Shown here in pieces: positions 1 to 18,974 of a DNA stretch of 64,000 nt. The DNA is from Eledone cirrhosa (taxonomy: Eukaryota). The stretch covers positions 52,390,001 to 52,454,000 of the forward strand of contig OZ024740.1 of the NCBI GenBank assembly GCA_964016885.1. Reading direction: 5' to 3'. Under the pieces are notes generated by a model. The model saw only the letters and a list, made by a program, of their open reading frames with translations. It did not search any database and was not told the origin of the DNA. The first letter of the stretch is position 1. Each line of letters opens with the position of its first letter. A program made the position numbers and the translations under genes.

Positions 1-186
1 TTGCGAGGCTCACACCTGCGGCTGGCCAGCTCAGTGCCTATGGTGGTGAGTAGGGAGATAGCCCTAGGGCCGAGGACACCAGAAGTCTCCACTGCTAAGG
101 GTACAACCGCACACCTGTCGGAGAGCGACCGGTATTTGAAGAGTTTGGTCTCCTCGGCCCGACGTACAGCAGAAGCTATAGTCTGA
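1..186 (-). pseudogene. Fragment of the restriction-like endonuclease region of a CRE-like non-LTR retrotransposon
   Basis: The minus strand reads ASAVRRAEETKLFKYRSLSDRCAVVPLAVETSGVLGPRAISLLTTIGTELASRRCEPR. This matches the AE..K..KY..L...F.P.A.ET.G..G pattern of RLE-type LINE C-termini. It runs off the window edge. Confidence 0.6.
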
Positions 187-697
187 TCCAGCAGACCTAT
201 GATCAGATTACTTCCAGCTGTGACCCGTCATTTTTAGTGAAGATTTTCAGGCTATATTATTCAATATAACTTTTTTTATTTTTATTTTTTTTGTCTCTCA
301 ACACAACAGGGTGTTATTTGAAAGATATTTGACTATTATTTCTCTGGGGTCTAGCAATGACATAGACACAGCTTCGCTCGATGACAACGCGTAGAAGACG
401 TAGTGTTAATAATAGGTAAAGTATCCTAAGCAACGTATATTTAATTAAATATTGTCATTGACAACAAACCAAATTAATCTTCTCTCTCCGTTTAACAAAG
501 CTAATAGACTGAAAGAATACAAAATAATGAAATAATATCGAGAAAGTTCCTCCGGCGATCATTTTACTGTTAAGTTGATTATTTATTTTTTTTCATTTTT
601 AGCAATGTTTTTATTTTATCTTATTTATTTTTCATCTTCTGTGTTTATATATATATATAGTTTGAGATGGTAATATGGACGAAACAAGAGAAGAAAT

Positions 698-769
698 CCT
701 TCATCAGCTGTAAACCGAGATCATAGATGTTTCGGCGCTTAATACAGGACATCAAAAAGCGATCAGCGG
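698..769 (-). ncRNA. Rearranged (non-circularly permuted) hammerhead ribozyme motif, R1 copy 1
   Basis: Minus strand: GATGT-C^-CTGTA-ttaagcgcc-GAA-ACATC-tatgatctcggtt-TACAG-CTGATGA-agg. Stem III GATGT/ACATC, stem I CTGTA/TACAG, GUC cleavage triplet (cut 748/747). Confidence 0.7.
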
Positions 770-1024
770 CACGCCCAAGGCCTTTTATCGATCAAAAGGC
801 CAGGAGGGAAAGAAAAGAAAAAAAGAAGAAAAAAGGAAAAGTACTGAGGAGAGAGGAAGAAAGAGAAAAAACAGGTAAACAGACCAAATGGTGAGGGGAC
901 ACAGGACAATGGAACATGCAAGTGAGTAACCGAGGATAAAATAGAATAGAATAAGTTATAACGGACCGATTAGACTTAAGTCTGGTGGTGCGATAACAGG
1001 AGCCCAGTAGTACCGTGCAATCTC

Positions 1025-1074
<50 letters not shown>

Positions 1075-1450
1075 GGGAGGGGGATCACCCGGAAGTGAGA
1101 GGGAGAATGGGAAGGGAGATAATCCAAAAGAGTTTTACGACAGTTGTAAAACGTGTCGTAAACGATCGAAACCAGAGGAGTTTACAACATGTGTGAAACA
1201 TATCGTAAACGATCGAAAACGAGCAGATGGATAGAGATAGAGAGAGGAGAGAGAGAACGAGAGAGAGGAAAAGAGGGAAGAGGGATAGGGGAATCGATAT
1301 GAAAGCGTGGTGGTGGTGGGACCAAAGATCGAAAAAAAGAGGTAGAGGGTGTCACAGCGGTAAATACAAAATTATAAGAAACGAAACGAGCTGTGTGGTT
1401 ACTGTAAACAAAGTTTGAGATGGTAATATGGACGAAACAAGAGAAGAAAT

Positions 1451-1522
1451 CCTTCATCAGCTGTAAACCGAGATCATAGATGTTTCGGCACTTAATACAG
1501 GACATCAAAAAGCGATCAGCGG
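1451..1522 (-). ncRNA. Rearranged hammerhead ribozyme motif, R1 copy 2
   Basis: Same motif as 698-769 in the second direct repeat, with one change in the linker. Confidence 0.7.
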
Positions 1523-1657
1523 CGCGCCCAAGGCCTTGTAAACAGCTGATGAAGGCATACTTTTCTTCTCTTGTTTACGTCCCGTTTACCTTCTAACACT
1601 TCGTGTTCAGTAACCACACAGCCTGCCTCTTCACTTGTATATATATATATATATATA

Positions 1658-3079
1658 CTAGCTAAACTACCCGTCCTGTGGACGGTTCAAGTAGCTTTCG
1701 ATGTAGCTCATTAAACTAAACAAAGTAAATTTGAATACATAGAAGAAAAACTTACTTTATGTGAACATGAAAACCTTAGGCACTATTCCAGCGAAATAAT
1801 TAATATGTGAGCTCGGTGTCATCCGTTATACCGTGTAACAACAGAAATCCAGTCTAGGTGTAAATTTTTTTGACAACAGTAAAAGCGCACCATGAAATAG
1901 AGAAGTGAAGTGAATAATAGACACTATTATGTACAAAGCATAATATTGTAAAAGCTATGACATCACTTAATGTATGAACATCAAGCTTGAAACGATAAAC
2001 TAAACAATGTCAAATCTATAACTTAACTTAGTAATCTGTTAGAAATTGCTGGTTGTGAAATATACAAAATGATATTGTTAGTCTTAAGGAAACGTACCTT
2101 TTGTTTCAAGTACAAAGAGTAAATTAAAATCCGAATGAGCCGAATTACGAAAGATAATTCTTGTTTTACTTAATCACGAAAATTCACACAAACTACCGAA
2201 AGTTTTTTAATGTCTCCAAAGGCCCCAATATCGATTTTTGAAAGCCTTTGTAGATCATGTAGAGGTTTGGTGCAAGGAGAAGCTCTGTAAAAAAATTCAA
2301 AAAAAATCGCATGAATGGTTTAGAACAAAGGTTCTCAACGGGGGGCATATGCACCCCCGGGGGCGTTTCGGAACTCTAGGGGGCGTTTGGAGCTGGGGGG
2401 TGGGGTGGGGCTGGAAGGCTCTTTATTTTGGTAAGTTTTATAAGCCATATTTGTTTGTCTTTGAGACAGCCAGTGTGAATGCATTTGAATGAGCTTGCAG
2501 ACAGCATAACTATAGTCTGACTGCAGCTGTGAGCAGGTGTGCAGGCATGTCTGGTAATTGAGACGTTAACTGGTAATTGAGATCCTAAAAATGGAAAAAC
2601 CCACAGTCAACAGGGTTAAAGACACTTTGAGCGCAGCCAATTAGAATCTTATCTTTCCTTCACCGATTACAATGTATTTCATGTCTGAAATTATTGACTC
2701 AGCCGCAACGAGTTAACACTATGTAGATCTATTTTATTCCCTATTGTATAAATAATATTACAAATAAAAAAAAAGAAAAGAAAAAACAGAAGCGAGTAGC
2801 ACACACATCTAGGACCACATACAACACATAATCAGATAATACACACATCTTTGGAATATTGTTAATCAATCTTTTAGTAATCTACTGATATAAAAATCAG
2901 TAGTATATTGAAAAATGGAAAAATAGGGTGGGGGGTGTTTCGTGATTTCGAGGGAAAAAAGTGGGCGTTTGGCCTAAATGGGATTAGAACCTGTGGTTTA
3001 GAATATATGAGCCCTCATTAAAAATTGTCCACACACACACACACACATACAGAAAACTTCGTCTTTATATATATACAGA
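1658..3079 (-). mobile_element. Non-autonomous Helitron
   Basis: The minus strand begins a|TC(tgtatatatataaag...) followed by (TG)n. It ends with hairpin CCGTCC-aca-GGACGG and CTAG|t. The insertion lies between A and T with no TSD. Confidence 0.75.
2326..2995. mobile_element. hAT-type MITE nested in the Helitron
   Basis: Exact 8-bp TSD GTTTAGAA (2318-2325, 2996-3003). Imperfect TIRs CAAAGGTTCTCAA / TTAGAACCTGTG. Confidence 0.75.
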
Positions 3080-3149
3080 TATGTTTTTATTTCATCTTAT
3101 ATTTTTTCATTTTCTGTGTTTATATATATACGAATTCTCCATGTGGTAA

Positions 3150-3280
3150 ATAATTGTTTCTACTTTTGGCACAAGGTCAGCAAATACCCCAGTGCATTAC
3201 TGGTGCTTTATTGTATCGACCCCGTAAGGATGAAAGGCAAAGTTAACTTCGGTCGGATTTGAACTCAGAACGCAAAGGGC
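3150..3280 (-). mobile_element. tRNA-derived SINE fragment (octopus-type)
   Basis: Minus strand GTTCTGAGTTCAAATCC (B-box-like) followed by TTTGCCTTTCATCCTTACGGGGTCGATA. Recognised from memory as a common cephalopod SINE motif, not from a search. Confidence 0.6.
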
Positions 3281-3344
3281 CATTACTCTATGCTGCAAAG
3301 CATGTTGTCTGGTGCCTTTTGTTTAATTAGTAGCAGCAGTCACG

Positions 3345-3482
3345 ACGGCAACAACAACGGCGACGACGGTAACTACTACAGTAGTCACTACAATAGCATC
3401 AAGAACAAGAACAACAACAAAAACAACAACAACGACAGCAACAAAAACAACTACTACAACGACGACGAAAACGACAACAACC
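3345..3482. repeat. Degenerate (AAC)n/(GAC)n microsatellite
   Basis: Trinucleotide runs caacaacaac / gacgacgac. Confidence 0.85.
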
Positions 3483-3840
3483 CTAAACCAATATTTTATC
3501 TTTTGATGTCGAAGAAACTAGGAAATTAACTGATTTTTCTCGTTTTTAGTTCAATTGAGTCTACTTTGCTTTTTGTTGGTGTTGTTGTTGGTAGTTGTGT
3601 TTTAATTTTGTCAAATAAGACCTTGTTATATGAATAATGAGTTCCAAATGAATAACTTAACATTTTTGTTATTTTAAAGAAGAAGAAGAAGGAGAAGAAG
3701 AAGAAAAATTGTATTATTTTTATTAATGTTTTTTTTTTTAAGAATCTATAATATTGCAAGCTTTGCCTTTCTGGCATCCATTAAACCTAGCAATATTGCA
3801 ACCAATTTAATCTATTATTCTCATCTATCGTAAATTGTGG

Positions 3841-6740
<2,900 letters not shown>

Positions 6741-6780
6741 TATGAAATATAAGAATCAAAGAACTGTTCAAAACATTATT

Positions 6781-6829
6781 GTGCTTACAGCTGTTTCCTC
6801 CAAACCGAGGTTTGGATTCTTCGGAGCAA
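6781..6829 (-). ncRNA. Type I minimal hammerhead (PLE-1, left arm)
   Basis: Inverted copy of 13028-13076. Confidence 0.7.
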
Positions 6830-8271
6830 TTTATTAATGCATGGACAGTTATATGACCTCCTTTTCAGCCGAGAGACATACCAATACATATTCAAACATT
6901 GATACATATTCAAACATTGTGGGTCAACATTCATTACAAAATTTAGAGTGGCAGTACACACTTCGAGATTACATTTATATTAATAGGTACAATCAAAAAT
7001 CAAAGATATAGGTTAAAGTACAACATGAAGATAAGTGGTTATATAGTGCAAATGTTATATGTGTGGCACGCATGTGCGTCTTGTTTATATAGTGTGGCAG
7101 AGAGATATGTGTGGTAGAGGTACTTAGGTAGGTAAATAAGAGTGTTAGGTTGGTAGATCTGGTGGCAAAGTCTTTATATGATTGATGTAGTCTGTGTGTG
7201 GAGAAATATTATAAACATTAAAGATAGTGCAAGCATTAAAAGTGTTATAAGTATTGGAGATGCACAACGCAGGGATGTCACGTAATTCATGTACTTCGGC
7301 ATTTTCATGGTCAAGGGAGTGTATATTTCGATTATATGCCTTTCACATAATCCACGACAATCCAGTTAGAGATCGTAGTCTGGTGTTCCTTAGTTCGATA
7401 CAGGAGGTTGTTACGTTTCGAGAGACGCCATTGAATACCGGAAGTGTGTGTGTGGCTAAGGGGAGTTAATGCATGCGGGGAGGTAACTCTAGGGTTTCTA
7501 TATCTAGCCATTAAAATGTGTCCCAATATGGACCCTAAATTCTATGGTGAGGTGCACCTTCCAATAGAGACTTTTAAAGCATAAAGTGTACTAACTATAG
7601 AGTAGTTTAACTAAATTATGCTGAAGGAGATCATATTATTATTAAGGTGGATTAACCCATCTTAAGGTGCTACAAATGGAAATTATAGATGATGAGCGAG
7701 GATTCTAAATTAATGATCTCTGTGGTTGTAGTCTGCTCATATGACCAGGCGCGGTGATTGCAGGATTGCTTCAGGACCCAATGATCTCTGGTAAGATCTG
7801 GGTCATCGCTTGCTACATTGGATGTCGAAAGATAATCGTCCCCAGGCAGGCCAAAGGTCAATCCGCAGTCCTCGCGACCCCTCTCTGACCGTCAGATCAT
7901 CCATATACGTACAACCCGCACGGCAGTTGCATTGCATTCACTCACTGCGCTCAGCAGCCCGGTCCTACTGGTCAACAGCGCTACTCGATTAAATCATTTT
8001 ACATCTGTCTAAGGAAGGTGTTTCCTCTGCCCAACACCATCCAACCGATCGATTCATGCTCAAATTACCCTTAGAGCGGTGTAGTGCCGTCCAGGTGGGT
8101 GGATGTTGTCACACCTGCCGTAGAGGTATAAATGGGTATTTTCCCTGCGAAGGGTTCCAGAGGGATGTCGTAGTTTGTGTTATAATGGATCAGCTAGTGT
8201 TGGGTATGTAGTATAGGGTGTGTCTCTGGTGTTTGATGCTAGATGTGGTGTTAGGTTCCAGTCCGACATTG

Positions 8272-9812
8272 CTATATATAGGGCTTAAAGTTTTGGAAGG
8301 AATGTCTGAGGCGGTGCTGGCAAGTTGCAAACACCTCAGATTTTTTGTTAAGTAGGTTACGGTTGGAGAAGATAATATTGTGTGTCTCTAGTATACAGAG
8401 GTTACAGAATTTATTAGGTGGTTTGTACGAGGTCGCGCTGCCTATCACTTCCCATTTGAGTGTGTATGGTTTATTTTTAGATTTTAGATAGTGTATGTAG
8501 CTAGAAAGTGAGGTGGAGTTGGCTAGGCTGTGCTTTTTGAACGAGTGGATGTGCGAGTTATATCTAATTTTGAAGCAGTTAGAAGTGGAGCCTACATAGG
8601 TTTCTGAAGAGTTATTAGTCGTGACTGTGCATGAGTATATGACATCCTTGGTTAGGCATTTTTTATCTAAAGGGCAGGTTCTATTAGCTCTACAGTTACA
8701 ATTATTCTGTGCGTTAGTCCGCTGGTTATAATGCAATGCGGAAGTCTGTGTGGTGGATATAGGATTTTGGGTGTTCAGGTTGACAACCCTGGTGTTATTA
8801 CTTATACTAGTGTTATTTCTATTGTTACTGCCGTTGCTATTGTTGCTTGCTACAGTGGTATTTAGAGGGTTTGCATCCCGTTGTGATTTTGTTTGTTGGA
8901 AGTAAGAACTAATTTTACTATTATTGCTGCTAGCTATGTGGTATGCTAAGTTAGGCGTCGTAGAGTATGAGATTTTAATGGTGTTTTTGTTTAAGAGGTT
9001 GTGGTACTTGTGTCCTAGAGGGAAGTTTTTATCTAGTAGTGAGAAGAAAGCCCTAGGTATGTTGGTGGAGACATTTAGGTTGAAAGGAGGGTTGAAAAAT
9101 GTATTATTTCTTCTTCTATTTTTGCTTTTAGTGTTTGGTGTGTTGCTTCCTCCTAAGGCCTCACAGTAGTTTCCATGGTAATGGTTACTTCCGGTGGCAC
9201 CCTCCGCTTTGGTGTACTTGTGGTTGCTATTCCTATTATTAGATTTCCTCATGGACATGTTGTGCGAGATGATGTTGTAGCTATGTGTTTTCTTAGGTAG
9301 GAACTCTATTTCTATATTATGGCCGGAGCTAGCTAATGCTTGATTGTAATATTGTGAGTTTTTGCTAAATATGTTTGCGTCATAGGACAGACTAGAGATT
9401 CTATTGGACACCCCCTTAGAGATAGAGTTTAATATTGATCTAGGGTGATTAGACTTGGTATCTACGTAAATGAGTTTCTCATTAGGCTTATGGAAAGGTG
9501 TATATATTTTTGAGTCTAGGTATAGTGTGGCGTCTAGGAAGTTAACATTTTTAGTGTTTTTGTCCATGGTGATACTAAGGTTAAAGTTTTTGAATGTCTT
9601 ATGCAGTTGTTTTCTAGTTCTTTCTATATTAAATTTTTTATATTCTATGAGTAGAAGTGCATCATCGCGGTACAAACCACCGTTGAGGTAAGGGAGGTCT
9701 TTATGGATTTCATTGAGGAGGTATAGGCCGACCAAATCAGTGACCTGCGCCGAGTCACTAGATCCCATGGTTATGTCGACGTTGTTGTGCGTATCCTTGC
9801 GTGTCCATAGTT
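8272..9812 (-). CDS. PLE-1 RT-GIY-YIG, inverted 5'-truncated copy
   Basis: MGSSDSAQVTDLVG, GGLYRDD, FLD, CNC..CPL..KC, VIY..YVG, RYNSH, LNKKSE. Uninterrupted. Confidence 0.9.
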
Positions 9813-11585
9813 ATACACCTTAAACAATGGGGAAATACGGGTGAAGTAATTGAATGGTTTAAGGATATCAAGAATAATAAGAACAAAAAATTTATTCAAT
9901 TTGATATCAATTCATACTACACCTCTATTTCCCCTATCCTATTAAATAAGGCACTTATCATGGCCATGACCAATAGCGACCTGACTAGAGCCCAGGTTGA
10001 TGTCATCCTTGCGGCCCGTAAAACCATAATCACCTTCGAGGACCAACTATGGACACGCAAGGATACGCACAACAACTTCGACATAACCATGGGATCTAGT
10101 GACTCGGCGCAGGTCACTGATTTGGTCGGCCTATACCTCCTCAATGAAATCCATAAAGACCTCCCTTACCTCAACGGTGGTTTGTACCGCGATGATGCAC
10201 TTCTACTCATAGAATATAAAAAATTTAATATAGAAAGAACTAGAAAACAACTGCATAAGACATTCAAAAACTTTAACCTTAGTATCACCATGGACAAAAA
10301 CACTAAAAATGTTAACTTCCTAGACGCCACACTATACCTAGACTCAAAAATATATACACCTTTCCATAAGCCTAATGAGAAACTTATTTACGTAGATACC
10401 AAGTCTAATCACCCTAGATCAATATTAAACTCTATCTCTAAGGGGGTGTCCAATAGAATCTCTAGTCTGTCCTATGACGCAAACATATTTAGCAAAAACT
10501 CACAATATTACAATCAAGCATTAGCTAGCTCCGGCCATAATATAGAAATAGAGTTCCTACCTAAGAAAACACATAGCTACAACATCATCTCGCACAACAT
10601 GTCCATGAGGAAATCTAATAATAGGAATAGCAACCACAAGTACACCAAAGCGGAGGGTGCCACCGGAAGTAACCATTACCATGGAAACTACTGTGAGGCC
10701 TTAGGAGGAAGCAACACACCAAACACTAAAAGCAAAAATAGAAGAAGAAATAATACATTTTTCAACCCTCCTTTCAACCTAAATGTCTCCACCAACATAC
10801 CTAGGGCTTTCTTCTCACTACTAGATAAAAACTTCCCTCTAGGACACAAGTACCACAACCTCTTAAACAAAAACACCATTAAAATCTCATACTCTACGAC
10901 GCCTAACTTAGCATACCACATAGCTAGCAGCAATAATAGTAAAATTAGTTCTTACTTCCAACAAACAAAATCACAACGGGATGCAAACCCTCTAAATACC
11001 ACTGTAGCAAGCAACAATAGCAACGGCAGTAACAATAGAAATAACACTAGTATAAGTAATAACACCAGGGTTGTCAACCTGAACACCCAAAATCCTATAT
11101 CCACCACACAGACTTCCGCATTGCATTATAACCAGCGGACTAACGCACAGAATAATTGTAACTGTAGAGCTAATAGAACCTGCCCTTTAGATAAAAAATG
11201 CCTAACCAAGGATGTCATATACTCATGCACAGTCACGACTAATAACTCTTCAGAAACCTATGTAGGCTCCACTTCTAACTGCTTCAAAATTAGATATAAC
11301 TCGCACATCCACTCGTTCAAAAAGCACAGCCTAGCCAACTCCACCTCACTTTCTAGCTACATACACTATCTAAAATCTAAAAATAAACCATACACACTCA
11401 AATGGGAAGTGATAGGCAGCGCGACCTCGTACAAACCACCTAATAAATTCTGTAACCTCTGTATACTAGAGACACACAATATTATCTTCTCCAACCGTAA
11501 CCTACTTAACAAAAAATCTGAGGTGTTTGCAACTTGCCAGCACCGCCTCAGACATTCCTTCCAAAACTTTAAGCCCTATATATAG
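9813..11585 (+). CDS. PLE-1 RT-GIY-YIG ORF, 5'-truncated
   Basis: RT motifs FIQFDINSYYTSI, FDITMGSSDSAQ and GLYRDD, plus a C-terminal GIY-YIG with Cys motifs. The GTG start at 9801 in the ORF track lies in the inverted arm. Confidence 0.92.
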   Translation: MHLKQWGNTGEVIEWFKDIKNNKNKKFIQFDINSYYTSISPILLNKALIMAMTNSDLTRAQVDVILAARKTIITFEDQLWTRKDTHNNFDITMGSSDSAQVTDLVGLYLLNEIHKDLPYLNGGLYRDDALLLIEYKKFNIERTRKQLHKTFKNFNLSITMDKNTKNVNFLDATLYLDSKIYTPFHKPNEKLIYVDTKSNHPRSILNSISKGVSNRISSLSYDANIFSKNSQYYNQALASSGHNIEIEFLPKKTHSYNIISHNMSMRKSNNRNSNHKYTKAEGATGSNHYHGNYCEALGGSNTPNTKSKNRRRNNTFFNPPFNLNVSTNIPRAFFSLLDKNFPLGHKYHNLLNKNTIKISYSTTPNLAYHIASSNNSKISSYFQQTKSQRDANPLNTTVASNNSNGSNNRNNTSISNNTRVVNLNTQNPISTTQTSALHYNQRTNAQNNCNCRANRTCPLDKKCLTKDVIYSCTVTTNNSSETYVGSTSNCFKIRYNSHIHSFKKHSLANSTSLSSYIHYLKSKNKPYTLKWEVIGSATSYKPPNKFCNLCILETHNIIFSNRNLLNKKSEVFATCQHRLRHSFQNFKPYI

Positions 11586-13027
11586 CAATGTCGGACTGGA
11601 ACCTAACACCACATCTAGCATCAAACACCAGAGACACACCCTATACTACATACCCAACACTAGCTGATCCATTATAACACAAACTACGACATCCCTCTGG
11701 AACCCTTCGCAGGGAAAATACCCATTTATACCTCTACGGCAGGTGTGACAACATCCACCCACCTGGACGGCACTACACCGCTCTAAGGGTAATTTGAGCA
11801 TGAATCGATCGGTTGGATGGTGTTGGGCAGAGGAAACACCTTCCTTAGACAGATGTAAAATGATTTAATCGAGTAGCGCTGTTGACCAGTAGGACCGGGC
11901 TGCTGAGCGCAGTGAGTGAATGCAATGCAACTGCCGTGCGGGTTGTACGTATATGGATGATCTGACGGCCAGAGAGGGGTCGCGAGGACTGCGGATTGAC
12001 CTTTGGCCTGCCTGGGGACGATTATCTTTCGACATCCAATGTAGCAAGCGATGACCCAGATCTTACCAGAGATCATTGGGTCCTGAAGCAATCCTGCAAT
12101 CACCGCGCCTGGTCATATGAGCAGACTACAACCACAGAGATCATTAATTTAGAATCCTCGCTCATCATCTATAATTTCCATTTGTAGCACCTTAAGATGG
12201 GTTAATCCACCTTAATAATAATATGATCTCCTTCAGCATAATTTAGTTAAACTACTCTATAGTTAGTACACTTTATGCTTTAAAAGTCTCTATTGGAAGG
12301 TGCACCTCACCATAGAATTTAGGGTCCATATTGGGACACATTTTAATGGCTAGATATAGAAACCCCAGAGTTACCTCCCCGCATGCATTAACTCCCCTTA
12401 GCCACACACACACTTCCGGTATTCAATGGCGTCTCTCGAAACGTAACAACCTCCTGTATCGAACTAAGGAACACCAGACTACGATCTCTAACTGGATTGT
12501 CGTGGATTATGTGAAAGGCATATAATCGAAATATACACTCCCTTGACCATGAAAATGCCGAAGTACATGAATTACGTGACATCCCTGCGTTGTGCATCTC
12601 CAATACTTATAACACTTTTAATGCTTGCACTATCTTTAATGTTTATAATATTTCTCCACACACAGACTACATCAATCATATAAAGACTTTGCCACCAGAT
12701 CTACCAACCTAACACTCTTATTTACCTACCTAAGTACCTCTACCACACATATCTCTCTGCCACACTATATAAACAAGACGCACATGCGTGCCACACATAT
12801 AACATTTGCACTATATAACCACTTATCTTCATGTTGTACTTTAACCTATATCTTTGATTTTTGATTGTACCTATTAATATAAATGTAATCTCGAAGTGTG
12901 TACTGCCACTCTAAATTTTGTAATGAATGTTGACCCACAATGTTTGAATATGTATCAATGTTTGAATATGTATTGGTATGTCTCTCGGCTGAAAAGGAGG
13001 TCATATAACTGTCCATGCATTAATAAA

Positions 13028-13076
13028 TTGCTCCGAAGAATCCAAACCTCGGTTTGGAGGAAACAGCTGTAAGCAA
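13028..13076 (+). ncRNA. Type I minimal hammerhead with CCGAAGA core variant (PLE-1)
   Basis: TTGCT-CCGAAGA-a-TCCAAACC-tc-GGTTTGGA-g-GAAA-CAGCTG-TA-AGCAA, with a palindromic stem III. Confidence 0.75.
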
Positions 13077-13280
13077 AATAATGTTTTGAACAGTTCTTTG
13101 ATTCTTATATTTCATATAACTGCTCTGTAAATCATCTGATGTTTTTACATTGAGCTACTTAACTTACTGGTAATAAGGTAGTAATACATTACTGCCTACC
13201 ACTATTTAGGGTGTGTGTAAAATACTTACAACTGCTTAAGGTTTTGTGTTTACATAACCATAAATAGTATAACTAATACT

Positions 13281-13576
<296 letters not shown>

Positions 13577-13784
13577 TGTTATACTTGGGGAGGGTCATAC
13601 TTGTGTAATATTGCCAGAATTAATAACAGAACACACTCACTGTTTGGTTGGTTTTCGCTTCTCGCTGTCTTTTATATCTGCAATCTAGCTTACTCGGTCC
13701 TCAATGTTGCCATTGACTGACCGACGGTCAAAAATATTACAGATGCAATATAGACATAAACACATATATATAGTTTACATAATT

Positions 13785-13826
13785 TACATAAATCTTTCGT
13801 TGCAAATCTGCAACATCGTCAGTGGT
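13785..13826 (-). ncRNA. Minimal type I hammerhead-like motif (PLE-2)
   Basis: CTGACGA-t-GTTGCA-gatt-TGCAAC-GAAA-gatt-TA. Stem I is weak. Confidence 0.55.
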
Positions 13827-14083
13827 GTTATATTTTCTTCCTGTTGTGTTGTATGTCTACGCCATTTTTTATTCAGTCTGTCTATATATTTATTTATTTA
13901 TTTGCTTGTTTGTTTATTTTATTTTGTCTTCTTTGCGCATGCGTTTGCGTGTGTGTATAGTGTTATGTTTGCTGTGTGACTAGTGTGTATAGTGTTGTGT
14001 TTGCTGGGTGACTAGTGTGTGTTTATGTGCTTGTTGTTATTGTGCTTGTGTATGTATTTATTTATCTTATTTTATTTACTTAT

Positions 14084-14469
14084 TTATACTTCTCTTAGGT
14101 CAGTGTTGTTTGTTTGGGTGTTGTTGCTATTCCACTCATTCTTTCTGTTTAGCTTTGGTCTTCTAATTTCTATTTCACTGGCCTCTCTGATTTGCCTATC
14201 TGCTGAGTCATTTCTATGTTTAGATATTATTTTAATTTCTATGTTGTCTATGTTACCGTCATGTTGTTGTCTAGCATGTTCGTATAGTACTGACCCGTTT
14301 TTTCGTCCTTTTAGTTCCCCCAGTGTTGGTCTATCCTTTCACCTATGCTACGAGCTGTCTCACCTATGTATGTTGTTGTCATGTTTCTGCAAGTACCCTC
14401 TGTACATCTTATGCTATAGACTACGTTTCTAGTTTTACAGTTTATCCGGGGGTTCACCTTACATATGAT

Positions 14470-14473
<4 letters not shown>
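14084..14473 (-). pseudogene. GIY-YIG endonuclease C-terminal fragment (PLE-2)
   Basis: [28 protein letters not shown]...[16 protein letters not shown]...PKLNRKNEWNSN, homologous to the C-terminus of 52948-54822. Confidence 0.88.
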
Positions 14474-18090
<3,617 letters not shown>

Positions 18091-18853
18091 GCAATGTTGC
18101 ACGGTAGTGAGACCTGGGCATTGTGTGCAGAGGATATACGCAGACTAGAGAGGAACGAAGCTTGCATGCTCCGCTGGATGTGTAACAGTAATATACGTGA
18201 ACGGCAAAGCATAAACGAACTAAGGAAAAAATTAGAGATAAGAGGGATCAGATGTTGTTTACTCGAGAGAAGGCTGCGTTGGTATGGACACGTGATGCGC
18301 ATGAAAGTCGATAGCTGTATTACAAAGTGCAGGGCAATAAAGATAGACGGTAGCCACGGAATAGGCAGACCTAGAAAAACATGGGATGAGCTGATAAACT
18401 CCGACCTCACACACTTACACCTCTCCAAGACAATGTCACTGGACCGTGACCTTTGGCGGTACTCAGTAACAGAGAAGACCCGCCTTGCCAGTAGGCATCT
18501 CTAACAAAATACACCCCGTCCCGCCACCACCCCCACCCCATCCACACCACCCCGTTCTATGTAAAGTTATGTTGGTGCCGCGCCATCCAGGCCGAAACAA
18601 ATGAGATCGTGTAGGTGTCACGACAAAAAAACACACAGTCCACGCTGTAATGTGGCCGTGTAGGCAACACGGTAAAAACCTCCCAGACCCACACTGTAAA
18701 TGTGGTTGGTGTTAGGAAGGGCATCCAACTGTAGAAAACCTGCCAGACAGTCCTATGCGAGCAAGACAATCACTCTTGCCTCAAGTGGGACTACCCACGT
18801 CCAAACCCATGCAAGCGTGGAACACGGACGTTAAACGTTGATGATGATGATGA
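18091..18853 (+). mobile_element. 5'-truncated RTE-clade LINE (ORF remnant 18091-18504, 3' UTR, (GAT)n tail)
   Basis: HGSETW...MLRWM...[12 protein letters not shown]...GRPRKTW...DRDLWR. Ends GGACGTTAAACGTTGATGATGATGAT. Confidence 0.88.
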
Positions 18854-18912
18854 TATATATATATATATATACGATATTAATAAATGGAAACTATATTTAT
18901 AAAACCATATTT

Positions 18913-18974
18913 ATTTCATTATACATATTTCAGGGATACCACATTAAATTTTGGTATGCTTCATCAGATAAAAT
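18913..18974 (-). ncRNA. Type I hammerhead (PLE-3 inverted arm; 1-nt deletion in stem II)
   Basis: Reverse complement of 23880-23942. Confidence 0.6.

Larger units (their letters stand above)
660..1636 (-). mobile_element. Non-autonomous retrozyme-like element R1 (753-bp unit with about 122-bp terminal direct repeat, plus an inverted diverged piece at 1536-1636)
   Basis: 661-782 is repeated at 1414-1535 with 2 substitutions. The interior is non-coding, with (GA)n on the + strand. TA runs flank both sides. 1536-1636 is an inverted, diverged copy of the CAGCTGATGAAGG region. Confidence 0.75.
6741..13280 (+). mobile_element. PLE-1 (Hydra-clade-like Penelope-like element), head-to-head inverted insertion
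   Basis: 6741-9812 is the near-perfect reverse complement of 10045-13116. The forward 5'-truncated copy spans 9813-13280 and includes a tail of about 164 bp that is absent from the left arm. (TA)n lies on both sides. Confidence 0.95.

Noticed and set aside
9801-9812. ORF-track starts at 9801, 31805 and 57826
   Set aside because: These are GTG/TTG codons in the inverted arms that happen to be in frame across truncation junctions.
6741-13116. Long inverted repeats as DNA-transposon TIRs (Foldback/Polinton)
   Set aside because: The arms contain the RT-EN ORF 3' part and end asymmetrically. There is no transposase and no TSD.
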